Shown: piece by piece, positions 1 to 10,995 of the stretch | How the letters are laid out: each line of letters starts with the position of its first letter | How positions within the stretch are numbered: position 1 is the stretch's first letter | DNA from: an uncultured Verrucomicrobiae bacterium | GTDB lineage: Bacteria > Verrucomicrobiota > Verrucomicrobiia > Chthoniobacterales > UBA10450 | Length of the DNA stretch: 64,000 nt | Reading direction: 5' to 3' | Assembly (NCBI GenBank): GCA_963756875.1 | Contig: CAVWPA010000002.1 | Location: forward strand, 1-64,000 | Made by a program: the position numbers and the translations under genes | Notes under the pieces: generated by a model | Database searches by the model: none | Seen by the model: only the letters and a program-made list of their open reading frames with translations | Told to the model about the DNA's origin: nothing

Positions 1-1266
1 ATGGCTGCAAGCGACGGCGGCGATCTTTTACACGGATGAGTTCGGCATGACGCTTGACGAAGCATTTGGAAAGCGACCGACTGAGAATGGCTACATGGCT
101 GAGCATGATTGCCGTTATCGTCCTTGCGCTGGGCATCCGCGCGGCGTGGACTCGCGTTGGCGGTTCGCGGCAGATGAGATTGAAGCGGACGCATCGGTGC
201 TCGATATCAAGAAGATCGCAGCGCTTTATGCCGTCAGCGTTGTTGTCTCTACCGTATTAAACAAAATGGCTCTGGAGCGTCTTCCTTCCATTACGCAGCC
301 GTTGCTGGCAGTTGCGGCGCTGAATGGGCGGTCGTGTTTCTGCTCTGCTATACCGTACTCGACCAGCGGCGTCATTATGGGTTGCTATTGGCCTGTGTGG
401 GGCTGGAATTTGTATCGGCCTGTTCGGAGTTCTTGCGTCTGTTTAAGAGCGTATTTTTTGTGCTGATTGTGGCGGCGACGTCTTCGCCCCTAGCCTTGCG
501 AGGCCGTCGGGTTAGCAGTTACGGCAACTTGCTTCCATTGTCTGTTTGTCCTCGGCGTGGTGTGGAGCGCGGTCAAGATGGACTATCGGAGCTTCCTGAA
601 CGAAGAGGCTCTCAAGACGGAAGAACGGTCCCGCTCGAACAAGGGTCCAAAGATGACCGATCTCGTGGATAGTATGACCTGGAATAACATTAGTGACGGC
701 GTTGATGCGTTGGTTCTCCGGGTCAGTTACGTGAACTACTTTGCTCTGGCGATGGAAAACGTCCCGGCGCGATTCCGTTTGAAGATGGGCAGGCTCTGGA
801 AGAGTCGATCATCCACGTGTTGATGCCCCGTTTTCTTTTTCCGGACAAACCTGTGCTGGATGACTCAGAGCGGACGCGGACATACACCGGCATGAACGTG
901 GCCGGAATGGAGCAAGGAACATCGATCGGCATCGGCTACATTGGTGAAAGCTATGTCGATTTCGGTCCCGTCAAAATGTTTGCGCCAATCTTTTTACTGG
1001 GATTGTTGTACGGTTTGATCTACCGGTTCTTCGTTACGAAGACAAGATACACGCTGCTCTGGAAGCTGCATTCGCCGTTTCATGTCTGGTGTTCAATTGC
1101 TTTGAGATCGAAACTTCGAACATCAAGCTCCTCGGTGGCGTCATCGCAGGTGCGCTGGTCAGTGCTGTGATTTAAGGATTTTCGGTACGACGGTGATGGC
1201 GTCTTTGCGGCGATCTCCGCCTCCACTGCAGTGGTGAACACCGTGTCGCCGGTTCGTGCATCGTGA
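1..1266 (+). CDS. Multi-pass membrane protein of polysaccharide locus (Wzy/polymerase-like), 5'-partial, multiply frameshifted
   Basis: Hydrophobic ORF pieces 54-260, 334-480, 557-823, 817-1170 join across frames; motifs RVSYVNYF, MPRFLFPDKP, GYIGESYVDFG resemble EPS polymerase-like proteins; end approximate. Confidence 0.45.
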
Positions 1267-1279
1267 CGCGGCCACCCGC

Positions 1280-2681
1280 GTGAAGATACTGCACGTCATC
1301 CCGTCGGTATCGCCAAAGCATGGCGGGCCGAGTTATGCGATCAAGGCTTTCGCGAATGCATCGAAATGGCCGGGCATTGAAACGCTGATTGCAACAACGG
1401 ACGACGACGGCGGCCCGGCGCGAATGGATGTTCCGCTCGGCACGATCATCGAACGCGACGGAATCAGGCAGATTTTCTTTCGTCGCGATTTTCTCCCGTA
1501 CAAGATTTCGTTTTCGCTCCGGCGCTGGCTCGATCGGCATGTTCGCGAGTTCGATATCGTTCATATTCACGCATTGTTTTCGTTCAGTAGTTTTGCGGCG
1601 GCGCGCGCGGCGCGAAAGCAAGGCGTGCCGTACATTGTTAGGCCGCTCGGGGTATTGAGTCGTTGGGGGATCGAGAATCGACGACCATTTCTAAAGCGGT
1701 TCTGGATGCGATTCATCGAGCTTCCTCTTTTGCGGCGCGCGGCGGCGATGCATTACACGACCGAGGCGGAGCGGGACGAAGCAATTGCACTTTATCCTGC
1801 GCTGGCGGGGCTGGCGTCGTTCATCGTCCCGATCCCGGTGGGAGCAGAGGGCGGACGATGGCGAAGGGGCAAGAGGAAAGGGGGACGAGCGGAAGAAACG
1901 AGAAGGTAAGGGCGAAGGGGCAAGAGGCCAACGGGGAAGGGAGCGGGAGACAGCGGAGAAGTTTTTGGAGAGATTTCCGAAGGCGAGGGGAAGGCGGATC
2001 GTTCTGTTTCTTTCGCGATTGGATAAGAAGAAAGGCGTCGAACTTTTGTTGCGCGCGTTTGCTGAGGTGAAGACAGCGAAGCTGCAAAGAGGCAAGAGGG
2101 AAGGGGTGAAGAGGGAGCAAGAGCGAAGGAGCTAAGGCCGGAAGCCGCGAAGGGCCGAGAGGTAAGGGGTAAGGAGGAGGCAGAAGCGAAGGGGCAAGAA
2201 TGAAGAGTCGAAGGGGGAACGGAAGCGCTGCTGGTGATCGCGGGGAGCGGGGACGATCGTTATGTGGCGTCGCTGCATCAATTGGCGGACGAACTGAAGA
2301 TCGCGGATGACGTTTTGTGGACGGGATATTTGGGTCCCGCAGAGAAGTCGGCTGCTTTTGCTGCGGCGACGGTTTTTGTGTTGCCGTCGTACTCTGAAAA
2401 TTTTGGGATTGTTGCGGCCGAAGCGCTTGCGGCGGGTGTTCCAACCATACTTAAGTGATCAGGTCGCGATCGCGCGCGAAGCTGCTGCAGAAAACGCGGC
2501 GGTTGTTGTGCGACCTAACGAGGATGAAATTGGCGCAGCGATTGTGCGATTACTGAAGGATGACAAAGCGCGCGCAGAGTTAAGCAGAAACGGCCAGATT
2601 TTCGCCGCAAAACGATTTTCCGTGGAGTCCGTTGGCTCGGCACTTGCCGCGCAGTACAAAGCGATTCTCGAGACTAACTAG
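1280..2681 (+). CDS. Glycosyltransferase family 4 (frameshifted, with G/A-rich repeat insertions)
   Basis: KILHVIPSVSPKHGGP, LFLSRLDKKKG, VLPSYSENFGIVAAEALAAGVP motifs spread over ORFs 1256-1909, 1785-2135, 2234-2458, 2307-2681. Confidence 0.85.
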
Positions 2682-2685
2682 GCAA

Positions 2686-3327
2686 ATGACTGAGACGACG
2701 ATTACAGGGATCTACGGTTTTCGTTCGAGTCGATGCATCGCACATGCATCGGCATTTTTGCCGCCGCTATTCGAACTCTGCGGGCAATTGCTACGACCAG
2801 GAGCTCGCGTTCTGGATGTGGGATGTGGCAATGGATACACGGCCGGACAATTGTTAGCACGCGGGTGCGACGTTGTTGGAATCGATCTGAGCGAAAGCGG
2901 TATCGCGCTGGCGCGAAAAACATATCCGAGAGGGCGATTCGAAGTTCTGCCGGCAGACGAGATATTCTCGCAAATCTCAAATGGAGCCGTTGACGTCGTG
3001 GTAAGCACGGAAGTCATCGAGCACCTTTATTCGCGCGCTTATGTCGCCGGATGTTACAAGGCGTTAAGGCCAGGGGGCGGTGTTCGTTCAACGCCGTATC
3101 ACGGTTACCTGAAGAATCTGTTCTCGCATGTTGAACAAGCATGACAGCACGCTAATCCGCTGTGGGACGGCGGACACATTAAGCTATGAGCGCACACTCT
3201 TTCCCAGACTTTGAGAAACAGGATTTACCAACCTTAAGTTTCGTGGCGCCGGACACTGCCGTTCCTGTGGATGACAATGCTGATGTCGGGGGATCGGCCA
3301 GCGGCCGACAGGGAAAGGCAGGAGTAA
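2686..3327 (+). CDS. Class I SAM-dependent methyltransferase (UbiG-like), frameshifted
   Basis: VLDVGCGNG SAM motif, STEVIEHLY, STPYHGYLKN, downstream WDGGHIK and LWMTML in other frames. Confidence 0.8.
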
Positions 3328-3413
3328 GAGCGAAGGGTTTGCCTTCGGTTCCCGCCTGCACTTGCCGCTTACCCCTTTGCTCTTAGCGCGTTAGCTGCTG
3401 TAGTCTCGGTCTG

Positions 3414-4441
3414 ATGCTAATCGAAATCACTCCACTAATTCTTACGTTACAACGAGCAGGCGAATATTGCTCGCACTTTGAGTGCGCTCTCGTGGGCAAA
3501 GGAAATTCTGATTCTCGATAGCGGGAGCACGGACAGGACAATCGAGATTGCGAAGAGCGTGCATCCGGGCGTGAAGATTTTGCAGCGCACGTTCGATACA
3601 CATGCGGACGCAGTGGAATTTTGGGCTGCAACAAGTTGCAACGCCGTGGGTGCTTGCGCTCGATGCGGATTACGAGCTTTCGCCGGAATTGGCGAGCAGA
3701 GATTCAGCATTTGAATCCGGACGAGACGATCAGCGGTTACGAAGCGAGTTTCGATACCGGATCTTTGGCCGTCCGCTCCGGGCATCGGTTTATCCGCCGC
3801 ATATTGTTCTTTTTCGGCGGATCGCGGCGACGTATTACGACGAAGGCCATACGCAGCGTCATTGCGGATCGAGGGCAGAGGTCGAGAAGCTCCCGGGAAA
3901 AATTTATCATGACGATCGGAAGCCTCTGAGTCATTGGCTTCAGGCGCAGGACCGGTATGCGACGATCGAAGCGAAGCATTTGCTGCAGATGGCCAAGGGC
4001 GAAGAGGAAAGTGGAAAGGGCGGGGAAAGGGCTACAGGACCACAGACCACGGGACGGCAGGACCGGGGAGCGGACGAAGGGGCGAAGGGGGAAGGGGGAA
4101 GCAAACGCCTCTCCGAAGCCGTATGGCTCTACGAGCAGGAGGCGAACGCCCAACGTCCAACGTCCAACGCCGAATACCAGAGGACCAACCTTCGCCAAGG
4201 CTACGGCTGGCAGGCAGAGGACGGAGGTCAGAGCGAGCAGTTGAGTTTTCAGGATCGGTTGCGGCTCAAGATCTTTTTCGCGGCGCCGGCGATGTTTTTG
4301 TATCTGATGTTCGGACGCGGATCGATTCTCGACGGGTGGCCGGGATGGTTTTATGTGGCGCAGAGGACCATCGCGGAATTTTTTCTCTCGGTGAGATTGT
4401 TGATCGAACGAGAGAAGTTGGAATTCCGCGATGGGAGTTAA
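3414..4441 (+). CDS. Glycosyltransferase family 2 (frameshifted near N-terminus; in-frame repeat-derived insert)
   Basis: ILDSGSTDRT, WVLALDADY (DxD), IYHDDRK, ILDGWPGW motifs. Confidence 0.85.
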
Positions 4442-4737
4442 CGGTTGCTGTTATTGGTTATTGGGATGCTCGCCACGGCGAGTCCGTCCAACGGCGGACA
4501 CAGGGCAAAGGGGTAAGGGGTAAGGGGTAAGGGGTAAGGGGTAACAGAGGACAGAGGACGGTGAAGCAAACGCTGAACGCCCAACCACCGAAAGCTTTCG
4601 GGGCTGTCCTGCAAGCAGGCGAGCGCCCAACGCTGAAGCCAGAGAACCCGCCTACGCGTAAAGCTCCGGCGCGGCAGGCAGAAGACGGAGGTGCGACAGT
4701 TATTGACGGTAGCTGGTGCAGAGAATAAACTTTTTAG

Positions 4738-4935
4738 ATGAGTGTCGAGGAATTGAAAAAGGCGCTGACATCCCTTTCTTCAGCGGAGCAAAGCGAAGTT
4801 ACCGCATTCCTTTTTCATCTTCGCCATCGTGGCGATGCAGCGTATCAATCCGAATTGGCGGCGCGCATTAATGATAAGGACCCGGAACATTGGCTGACGC
4901 CCGAGGAATTCGAAAAGCGGTTGGACACCAAATAA
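4738..4935 (+). CDS. Small hypothetical protein, putative addiction-module antitoxin
   Basis: 65 aa ORF ending WLTPEEFEKRL like addiction-module components; sits in a TA cluster. Confidence 0.5.
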   Translation: MSVEELKKALTSLSSAEQSEVTAFLFHLRHRGDAAYQSELAARINDKDPEHWLTPEEFEKRLDTK

Positions 4936-4941
4936 GCGCCC

Positions 4942-5028
4942 GTGGACGCTTACGAGGTCTATGTCAATACCGCTCTGCTTGAAGCGGTTCCCAAAAGCGG
5001 ACCGCAACGGCAGAGGCGGCCGCGGTAA
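4942..5028 (+). pseudogene. Truncated probable partner toxin gene (VDAYEVYVNTALLEAVPKSGPQR...)
   Basis: GTG start 6 bp after upstream stop; RelE-like N-terminal YEVYV strand; runs into repeat DNA and stops after 28 codons. Confidence 0.35.
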
Positions 5029-5361
5029 GAGCTAAGCGCTGAGCGGCTAAGCGGCTAAGGGTGAGGAACAGGACTACAGGACCACGGGACCACGGGACCA
5101 CGAGACTACGGGAGCAGGGAGCGGCAAAGGGCGAAGGGCTAAGCGGGAAGGGCAAGGGAGCACAATGCGGGGCGCATGTGAAGCACCAAGCACCAAACCC
5201 CAACCACCATGGAAGCTTCAAGTTCCAAATCTCAACTCCGAAAGTCTTCGCCCGCCACTCGCCACGGCGAGCAGGCTTTGGGCAGGCTGAGCGGGCGGCT
5301 CAACGTCGAAGTCTGAGCTTCGCAATGGCGAAGAATTCATCACAATGATTTCCTCCATAAC

Positions 5362-5640
5362 GTGATTCTTTCTTTCGCTGACAAAAACACAGAAGAGCTT
5401 TGGCTTACTGAACGGTCGAAACGCTACGGGAACATCGCTCGGGTCGCTCTTCGGAAGCTTCTGCAGGTGCACGCCGCGGAAAAGCTTGGAGACCTCGCCG
5501 TCCCTCCGGGAAATCAGCTTGAGAGGCTTTCCGGAAAACGCAGGGGCCAACATTCAATCCGCATCAATGACCAGTGGCGTATCTGCTTTTTGTGGACAGA
5601 CAACGGAGCCGAGAATGTCACGATCTGCGATTATCATTAG
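5362..5640 (+). CDS. higB: HigB-like RelE/ParE family toxin
   Basis: MILSFADK..., PPGNQLERLSG, HSIRINDQWRICF. Confidence 0.92.
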   Translation: MILSFADKNTEELWLTERSKRYGNIARVALRKLLQVHAAEKLGDLAVPPGNQLERLSGKRRGQHSIRINDQWRICFLWTDNGAENVTICDYH

Positions 5641-5703
5641 GGATTTGGTATCGGACCAAAATAGACTATTGTGTATTGCACAATACCTGCTAGACTGGTG
5701 GCT

Positions 5704-5988
5704 ATGGCACATCCTATTCACCCGGGAGAGATCTTGTTTGAAGATTATCTGAAGCCGCTCGGCGTATCCCAAAATGCGCTGGCCCGCGGCTTGGGAATAA
5801 CGCCGAAAACGATCTCCGAGATCGTTCTTGGCAAACGAGGCGTTTCTCCCGAAATGTCGATCCGGCTTGGCAAGTTTTTTGGGCAATCCCCTCGATTCTG
5901 GCTGAATCTTCAGACTGAATATGATTTTCGCTGTGCTTTGCGTCGCGAAAAGAGCCTGACGGCCAAAGTGGCAGTCTTGAAAGGCTAA
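5704..5988 (+). CDS. higA: HigA family antitoxin (XRE HTH)
   Basis: PIHPGEILFEDYL, SQNALA, FWLNLQTEYD. Confidence 0.92.
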   Translation: MAHPIHPGEILFEDYLKPLGVSQNALARGLGITPKTISEIVLGKRGVSPEMSIRLGKFFGQSPRFWLNLQTEYDFRCALRREKSLTAKVAVLKG

Positions 5989-6398
5989 GGGCGAAGGGGG
6001 CACAAGCGGTAAGGGGCTTCTTAAAGCACCAAATTCCAAGCACCAAACCCCAGGGAAGCTTCAAAATTCAAACTTCAAAAAACTCTCAACCAAAGTCAGC
6101 GAGGCGGGCGTTCTCTCAACTAAAGCGCAGCGTTCTCCTTTGAGGCAAGGGCTAAGCGGTAAGGGGTAAGGGCGGACGCGAAGCACCAAATTCCAAGCAC
6201 CAAACCCCAGGGAAGCTTCAACGCTTCAAGCTCCAAGACCTCGTTGGGAGTGTGGAGTGGGGGGTCCGATGCTAGATACTGGATACTGGATACTGGATGT
6301 CGCTGCGCAGACCGGGCTCCGCGTTTCAGTTTTCAGCTTTCAGTATTTCAGCTTTTGAGTAAGTTGGCGTTTAGGCATTTTGATGCTAAGATGCGTTT

Positions 6399-6761
6399 AT
6401 GAGAACCACTCTCGATCTACCGGACGAACTGTTTCGCCAGGTGAAAGCCAAGGCGGCTCTCGAGGGAGCGAAGTTGAAGGAGTTGCTGAGACGATATGTC
6501 GAGAACGGACTGCGGCAGCCTCTCCAGCCCTCGTCCTCGGACTCATCAAAACGCAGCAAGCTGCCCATCATTAAACGCCGAGGAAAACGACGCGTTCCGA
6601 ATTTGACGGCACGACGGCAGGCCGAACTGCAAGAGGAGGAGGACCTTGCCAAGGTTATGACGCGCCGAGGCGGCCGGACGGTTTACACCGGTCCTCTCCC
6701 ACCACGTTGGGACAGCGGTGAGGCGGTTTCTAGAATGCGCGATCGGCGGCTGCCGAAATGA
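6399..6761 (+). CDS. VapB-like ribbon-helix-helix antitoxin (possibly chimeric)
   Basis: MRTTLDLPDELFRQVKAKAA RHH N-terminus; stop overlaps PIN gene start (ATGA). Confidence 0.75.
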   Translation: MRTTLDLPDELFRQVKAKAALEGAKLKELLRRYVENGLRQPLQPSSSDSSKRSKLPIIKRRGKRRVPNLTARRQAELQEEEDLAKVMTRRGGRTVYTGPLPPRWDSGEAVSRMRDRRLPK

Positions 6762-7165
6762 AGCGTTTTTTGGATGCATCAATTCTGGTGGAGGCTTGCC
6801 TGGCGCAGAGTCAAAATTTCGCCGCTGCGGACTCGCTGGTGAAAAGGCCCGATACCGTGACCTCCGCCCACGCCTTGGCGGAAGCCTATGCAACGCTCTC
6901 GGGAGATGCACGGCTGAAGATAAACGCGACCGAGGCCGCGGAGATGGTTGGCGATTTGGCTGATACTCTGCATGTCCATGCACTGACGGGGAAGGGATAC
7001 GTGCAACTTGTTCGTGCCGCTCCGAAGCGTGGAGTCGTAGGCGGCTCAATTTTTGACGCGATCCACGCACAGTCCGCGCGCGAAACCGGATGCGAAGAGA
7101 TTTACACGTTGAATGTGCGCCACTTCAAACATGTCGCGCCAGATCTCGCTGTCAGAAACCTCTGA
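6758..7165 (+). CDS. vapC: PIN-domain toxin (VapC family)
   Basis: FLDASILV, LAEAYATL, IFDAIH, IYTLNVRHF: acidic PIN residues. Confidence 0.88.
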   Translation: MKRFLDASILVEACLAQSQNFAAADSLVKRPDTVTSAHALAEAYATLSGDARLKINATEAAEMVGDLADTLHVHALTGKGYVQLVRAAPKRGVVGGSIFDAIHAQSARETGCEEIYTLNVRHFKHVAPDLAVRNL

Positions 7166-7980
7166 GTTTGTGCGGTTGTGGGCAGGGAGCAGGGAGCAGG
7201 GGACGGAGCACGGAGCACGGGCAGGGAGCAGGGGGCACATGCGGGACGCATGTGAAGCACCAAATTCCAAGCTCCAAGCACCAAGTTCCAAGCTCCAAGC
7301 TCCAAGCTCCAAGCTCCAAGCTCCAAGCACCTCTCCGAGCCCGCTTCCGGCCTCTCCGAGCTGTCGCTTTACGAGCAGAAGCCATAGGGCCTCCAGGCCG
7401 GAGGGTAGGCTCTACGAGCAAACGCCCAACGCCCAACGCCGAACGTCGGACGCTAAAGCAGATTGCACCCGCCTACGTCCTGGAATCGCTAGGACTAACG
7501 GCGTGGCAGGCAAGGAAGGGAACGAAGGGAACGAAGGGTCCGGAGCGCAAAGAGCAAAGCGGGAAGGGGTAAGGGCGGGGAAGTTCGTTGCGGCGGGGGG
7601 CGCCGCCGGCGGGTAGGCTCTACGAGCAGGAGGCGAACGCCAGGGAAACTTCAAATTTCAAATTTCAAGATGGGGAAATTGTAGGGCAACCGCTCCGGTT
7701 GCTATTTTGAGATATTCGGCAGGCGATGCGCCTGCCCTACAATCGCGATAGCCCGCGGCAAGGCTGCGCTCCGACTTCCGACCTCAGATTTCTGACATCC
7801 GATCTCCGACCTCTGGAATTTCAGCGTCGCGACGCTGCAATGCGAGCACGCGCCAACTACACCGGCCCTTACCGCTTACCCCTTATCCCTTGGCGCGGAC
7901 TGCGGCCCGCTACGATTCCCCTACCATTCTCCGGCCAAATGCGTTAAAATTGCCAACCCCCAAGGGTTTAACGGTGTCCG

Positions 7981-9458
7981 ATGCAGACTAGTACAGCGCT
8001 TTCCGATCAGGCTCCGGCCAGTATCGTTCCGGAAAGCCGGCCGCGTGTTCGAGCGATCACCAGATTTGCGCAAGCCGATTGGGCGCCGGCACTGCTGATC
8101 TTCGTGCTGGATGTCGTTTGCTGGATGACGATTTACCGACTTCTCAGTTACTTCCGGCACGATTTCTTTTACTCCAGCGGGTTCGAGTTCGCGATCATCG
8201 ATCTGATTCAACTGGTCATTATTGTCCAGGCGCTGTTCATCGTCGGTGGATACAGCTCGCGCACTGAGACGCGCGGCCTGGCTTACACGGCCGAACATAT
8301 CCTGGCAATGCTCGCTGCGCTGGCGATCAGCGCGATTGTTTTGTATGCGGCGGCGACGTTCGATCGCTCGATGAAACCGAGCCGCGGTGTGGTGCTGTTG
8401 AGCTTTGTTATATTTACCCCAGTCTCACTTTTGTATCGGCGTGGCCTCCGCCGGAGAGTCGCTGCCGCTTCAGCGAGCCACGCTTTTCTTGTAATCGGCA
8501 GCGGCGAGCCGGCTGCGCGATTTTACGAGGCTTACAGACAGTCGCCTAACCAGCAAAGTCTTGAATTCGTGGATAACGATCCGGCGCGAATCGGATCAAC
8601 GCTGAACGGCGAAGGCACGCCGGTCATCCAGGGCGAGGTCGCGGACAAGCTGGCGAAGTTGGATCGGCGATATAGCGGCGTGATCCTGGCCGAAGACGTC
8701 GACAGGCTCGGTCCGGAGTTGCTGGCGCGACTGGTGCGCACCCAATTTCAGCATACGCGTGTTTACACATTGGAATCGTTTTACGAAGCGCACTGGCGTC
8801 ACGTGCCGGTTCACACGATCGATCCGGTCTGGCCGTTGCAAACCGGGTTTCAGTTGGCCCGGATCTCGCCCTATCATTATCTGAAACGGTTGTGCGATCT
8901 TGTCCTTTCAGGACTGTTATTGGTTATTTGTTTTCCGTTAATGGTGCTGCTGACGTGTCTGGTCTGGGTCACCAGCGGGCGCCCCGCGATTTTCCGTCAG
9001 GTCCGCATCGGTCGGGAAGGTCAACCGTTTACCGCGTACAAGTTTCGCACCATGGAGATGCGGTTCGACGACGATGATAACGCCGACATGTATACGCGGC
9101 CGGGCGATCCGCGGATCACGCGGGTCGGCCGGGTCTTGCGCAAACTGCGCCTCGACGAACTACCGCAGCTTTGGAACGTGTTCAAAGGCGACATGAGTCT
9201 GATCGGGCCCCGGGCGGAATGGATCAAATGCGCGGAGCAGTACGAAAAGAAAATTCCGTTCTATCATTTCCGGCATCTGGTGAAACCGGGGATCACAGGG
9301 TGGGCGCAGGTGAATTATCCGTACGGCGAAAGCGAAGAAGACGCGATCGCAAAACTTCAGTACCGATCTGTATTACATCCGGCATTACTCGCTCAAACTC
9401 GATGCCATGATCGTCACTCAAGACAATTCACACAATGTTATTTGGTAAAGGACGCTAG
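7981..9458 (+). CDS. Exopolysaccharide priming sugar transferase (polyprenyl glycosylphosphotransferase); 3' frameshifts
   Basis: YKFRTM, DPRITRVG, LDELPQLWNV, GDMSLIGPRAE, KPGITGWAQV; C-terminus YDLYYI...MLFGKGR* in shifted frames. Confidence 0.92.
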
Positions 9459-9477
9459 GGGAGCCCACAACTACCCA

Positions 9478-10000
9478 CAGAAATTTAACAGAAGGTAACG
9501 AAGGGAACGAAGGTTTTTGGGTTTCTTTGCAGGGACACGGGTTTACCCTGTGTAGTCCCCAAGGGGAGCGGACGACAAGAGGAAGCCCCTGGCTCCCTAC
9601 AGAGATTTCACAGAAGGCAACGAAGGGAACGAAGGTTTTAGGATTCTTCAAACGCTGCGTCCTGCTCCGTACGCCCGTCTTTGTTAACTTCGTTATCTTC
9701 TGTTGAAAGTCGGGGCAGCGCAGCGCGGAGCGCGCTGCAGTTATTGGTTCGTGGTTAACAGTTAATCGGAGCCGGATTTCTCACAGAAGGCAACGAAGGG
9801 AACGAAGGTTTTTGGATTTTCTTGCAGAGATACGGGGTTACCCTCCGCAGTCCCCACCTTTGTTAACTTCGTTATCTTCTGTAAAAGATTCCGTTTCCGT
9901 TGGCGCAGCCTGTCCCAGAAATTTCACAGAAGGCAGCGAAGATAACGAGGAGCTGAAGTTATTCGTAGAAAGAAACTTTGTTAACTTCGTTAGCTTTTGT
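9478..10000. repeat. 9-mer-period inverted repeat pairs ACAGAAGGCAACGAAGGGAACGAAG / CTTTGTTAACTTCGTTATCTTCTGT upstream of GxxExxY gene
   Basis: Forward copies ~9489, 9610, 9783, 9927; reverse copies ~9679, 9858, 9976. Confidence 0.85.
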
Positions 10001-10011
10001 TTAGATTTGGT

Positions 10012-10446
10012 GTGCATCGACTTTATTCCAAGGCAGACAAACTTAGCCAACTCGTAATTGGAGCGGCTATCGAAGTCCATCGCCAGAAAGGACCCGGCCT
10101 GATTGAGTCGATTTATGAGCGATGTCTGATACGCGAGCTGGAACTCCAAGCGATCCCGGCCGTGTCGCAAAAACTGGTTCGTATCGAATACAAAGGCCTG
10201 GTTTTTGACGAGCCGCTGCGCTTCGACCTCCTGGTGGACAACTGTTTGCTCGTGGAGTTAAAAGCCGTGGAAGTGGTGCATTCACCGCACAAAGCCCAGC
10301 TCTTCAGCTATATGAAATTGTTAGATGTTCCAATCGGCTTGCTGATCAATTTCCACGAGCCGGTGCTTAAGAGGGGCGTCTCCCGAATGATTTTGCCCGG
10401 GGCAAATCGAAGCAACGGAGATCAGCCAGCAGATTTTTCCCTTTAG
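10012..10446 (+). CDS. GxxExxY protein (PD-(D/E)XK nuclease-like)
   Basis: IGAAIEVHRQKGPGLIESIYE (GxxExxY), RFDLLV, VELKAV, GLLINF. Confidence 0.92.
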   Translation: MHRLYSKADKLSQLVIGAAIEVHRQKGPGLIESIYERCLIRELELQAIPAVSQKLVRIEYKGLVFDEPLRFDLLVDNCLLVELKAVEVVHSPHKAQLFSYMKLLDVPIGLLINFHEPVLKRGVSRMILPGANRSNGDQPADFSL

Positions 10447-10459
10447 CAGAATCCAGAGA

Positions 10460-10905
10460 AATTTCATAGAAGGGAACGAAGGTTTTGTCCCAGCGAGAAT
10501 CAGGACGAAAGGAAAAGACAGGAGCATATTTCACAGAAGGAAACGAAGGTGAGGAAGATTTCGTTTTTCTCGCAGCGACGCGCTGGCACTACAGTTTTGG
10601 TCTTTGTTATCTTCGTTACCTTCTGTAAAGGATTTGGGTTCTTACAAAAGGAAACGAAGGCAACGAAGATTAGGATTTTGCAATTGGACGCCTGACTGTG
10701 CAGTCCTTACCTTTGTTAACTTTGTTACCTTTTGTGTAAAAGTCTTTTGTTTTGATCCGCATTCCTGTGAGGGAATTTAACAGAAGGCAACTCCGAAAGT
10801 CTTCGCGAGCAGGCAGAAGGAAACGAAGATTTGTGAATTTTTCCCAGGCGACCCACTTCTCTCTGCAGTTCCGTCCTTTGTTAACTTCGTTACCTTCTGT
10901 GTAAA
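10460..10905. repeat. Same 9-mer-period inverted repeat pairs downstream of GxxExxY gene
   Basis: Forward copies ~10465, 10533, 10644, 10780; reverse copies ~10602, 10711, 10877. Confidence 0.85.
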
Positions 10906-10995
10906 AGTCTTTTGTTTTTGGTTCCGCCTGGGCGCAGTCACTGATAACGATTAACTGTTAACTGATAACAGCGACGCGCCGGCGCGGCGCCGCCG

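Larger units (their letters stand above)
5157..7330. repeat. Dispersed AAGCACCAAA(TTCC)AAGCACCAAACCCCAGGGAAGCTTCAA repeat family separating TA cassettes (copies ~5180, ~6024, ~6181, ~7255; related ~16500)
   Basis: Direct visual alignment of the copies; 7-mer AAGCTCC tandem at 7289-7330. Confidence 0.8.

Noticed and set aside
1..9458. Genuine pseudogenisation of the EPS genes
   Set aside because: Single-base indels also hit essential secA and cluster toward the window start; sequencing error is more parsimonious
9478..10905. Possible CRISPR array with a Cas4-like gene
   Set aside because: Repeats alternate in orientation, are degenerate and irregularly spaced
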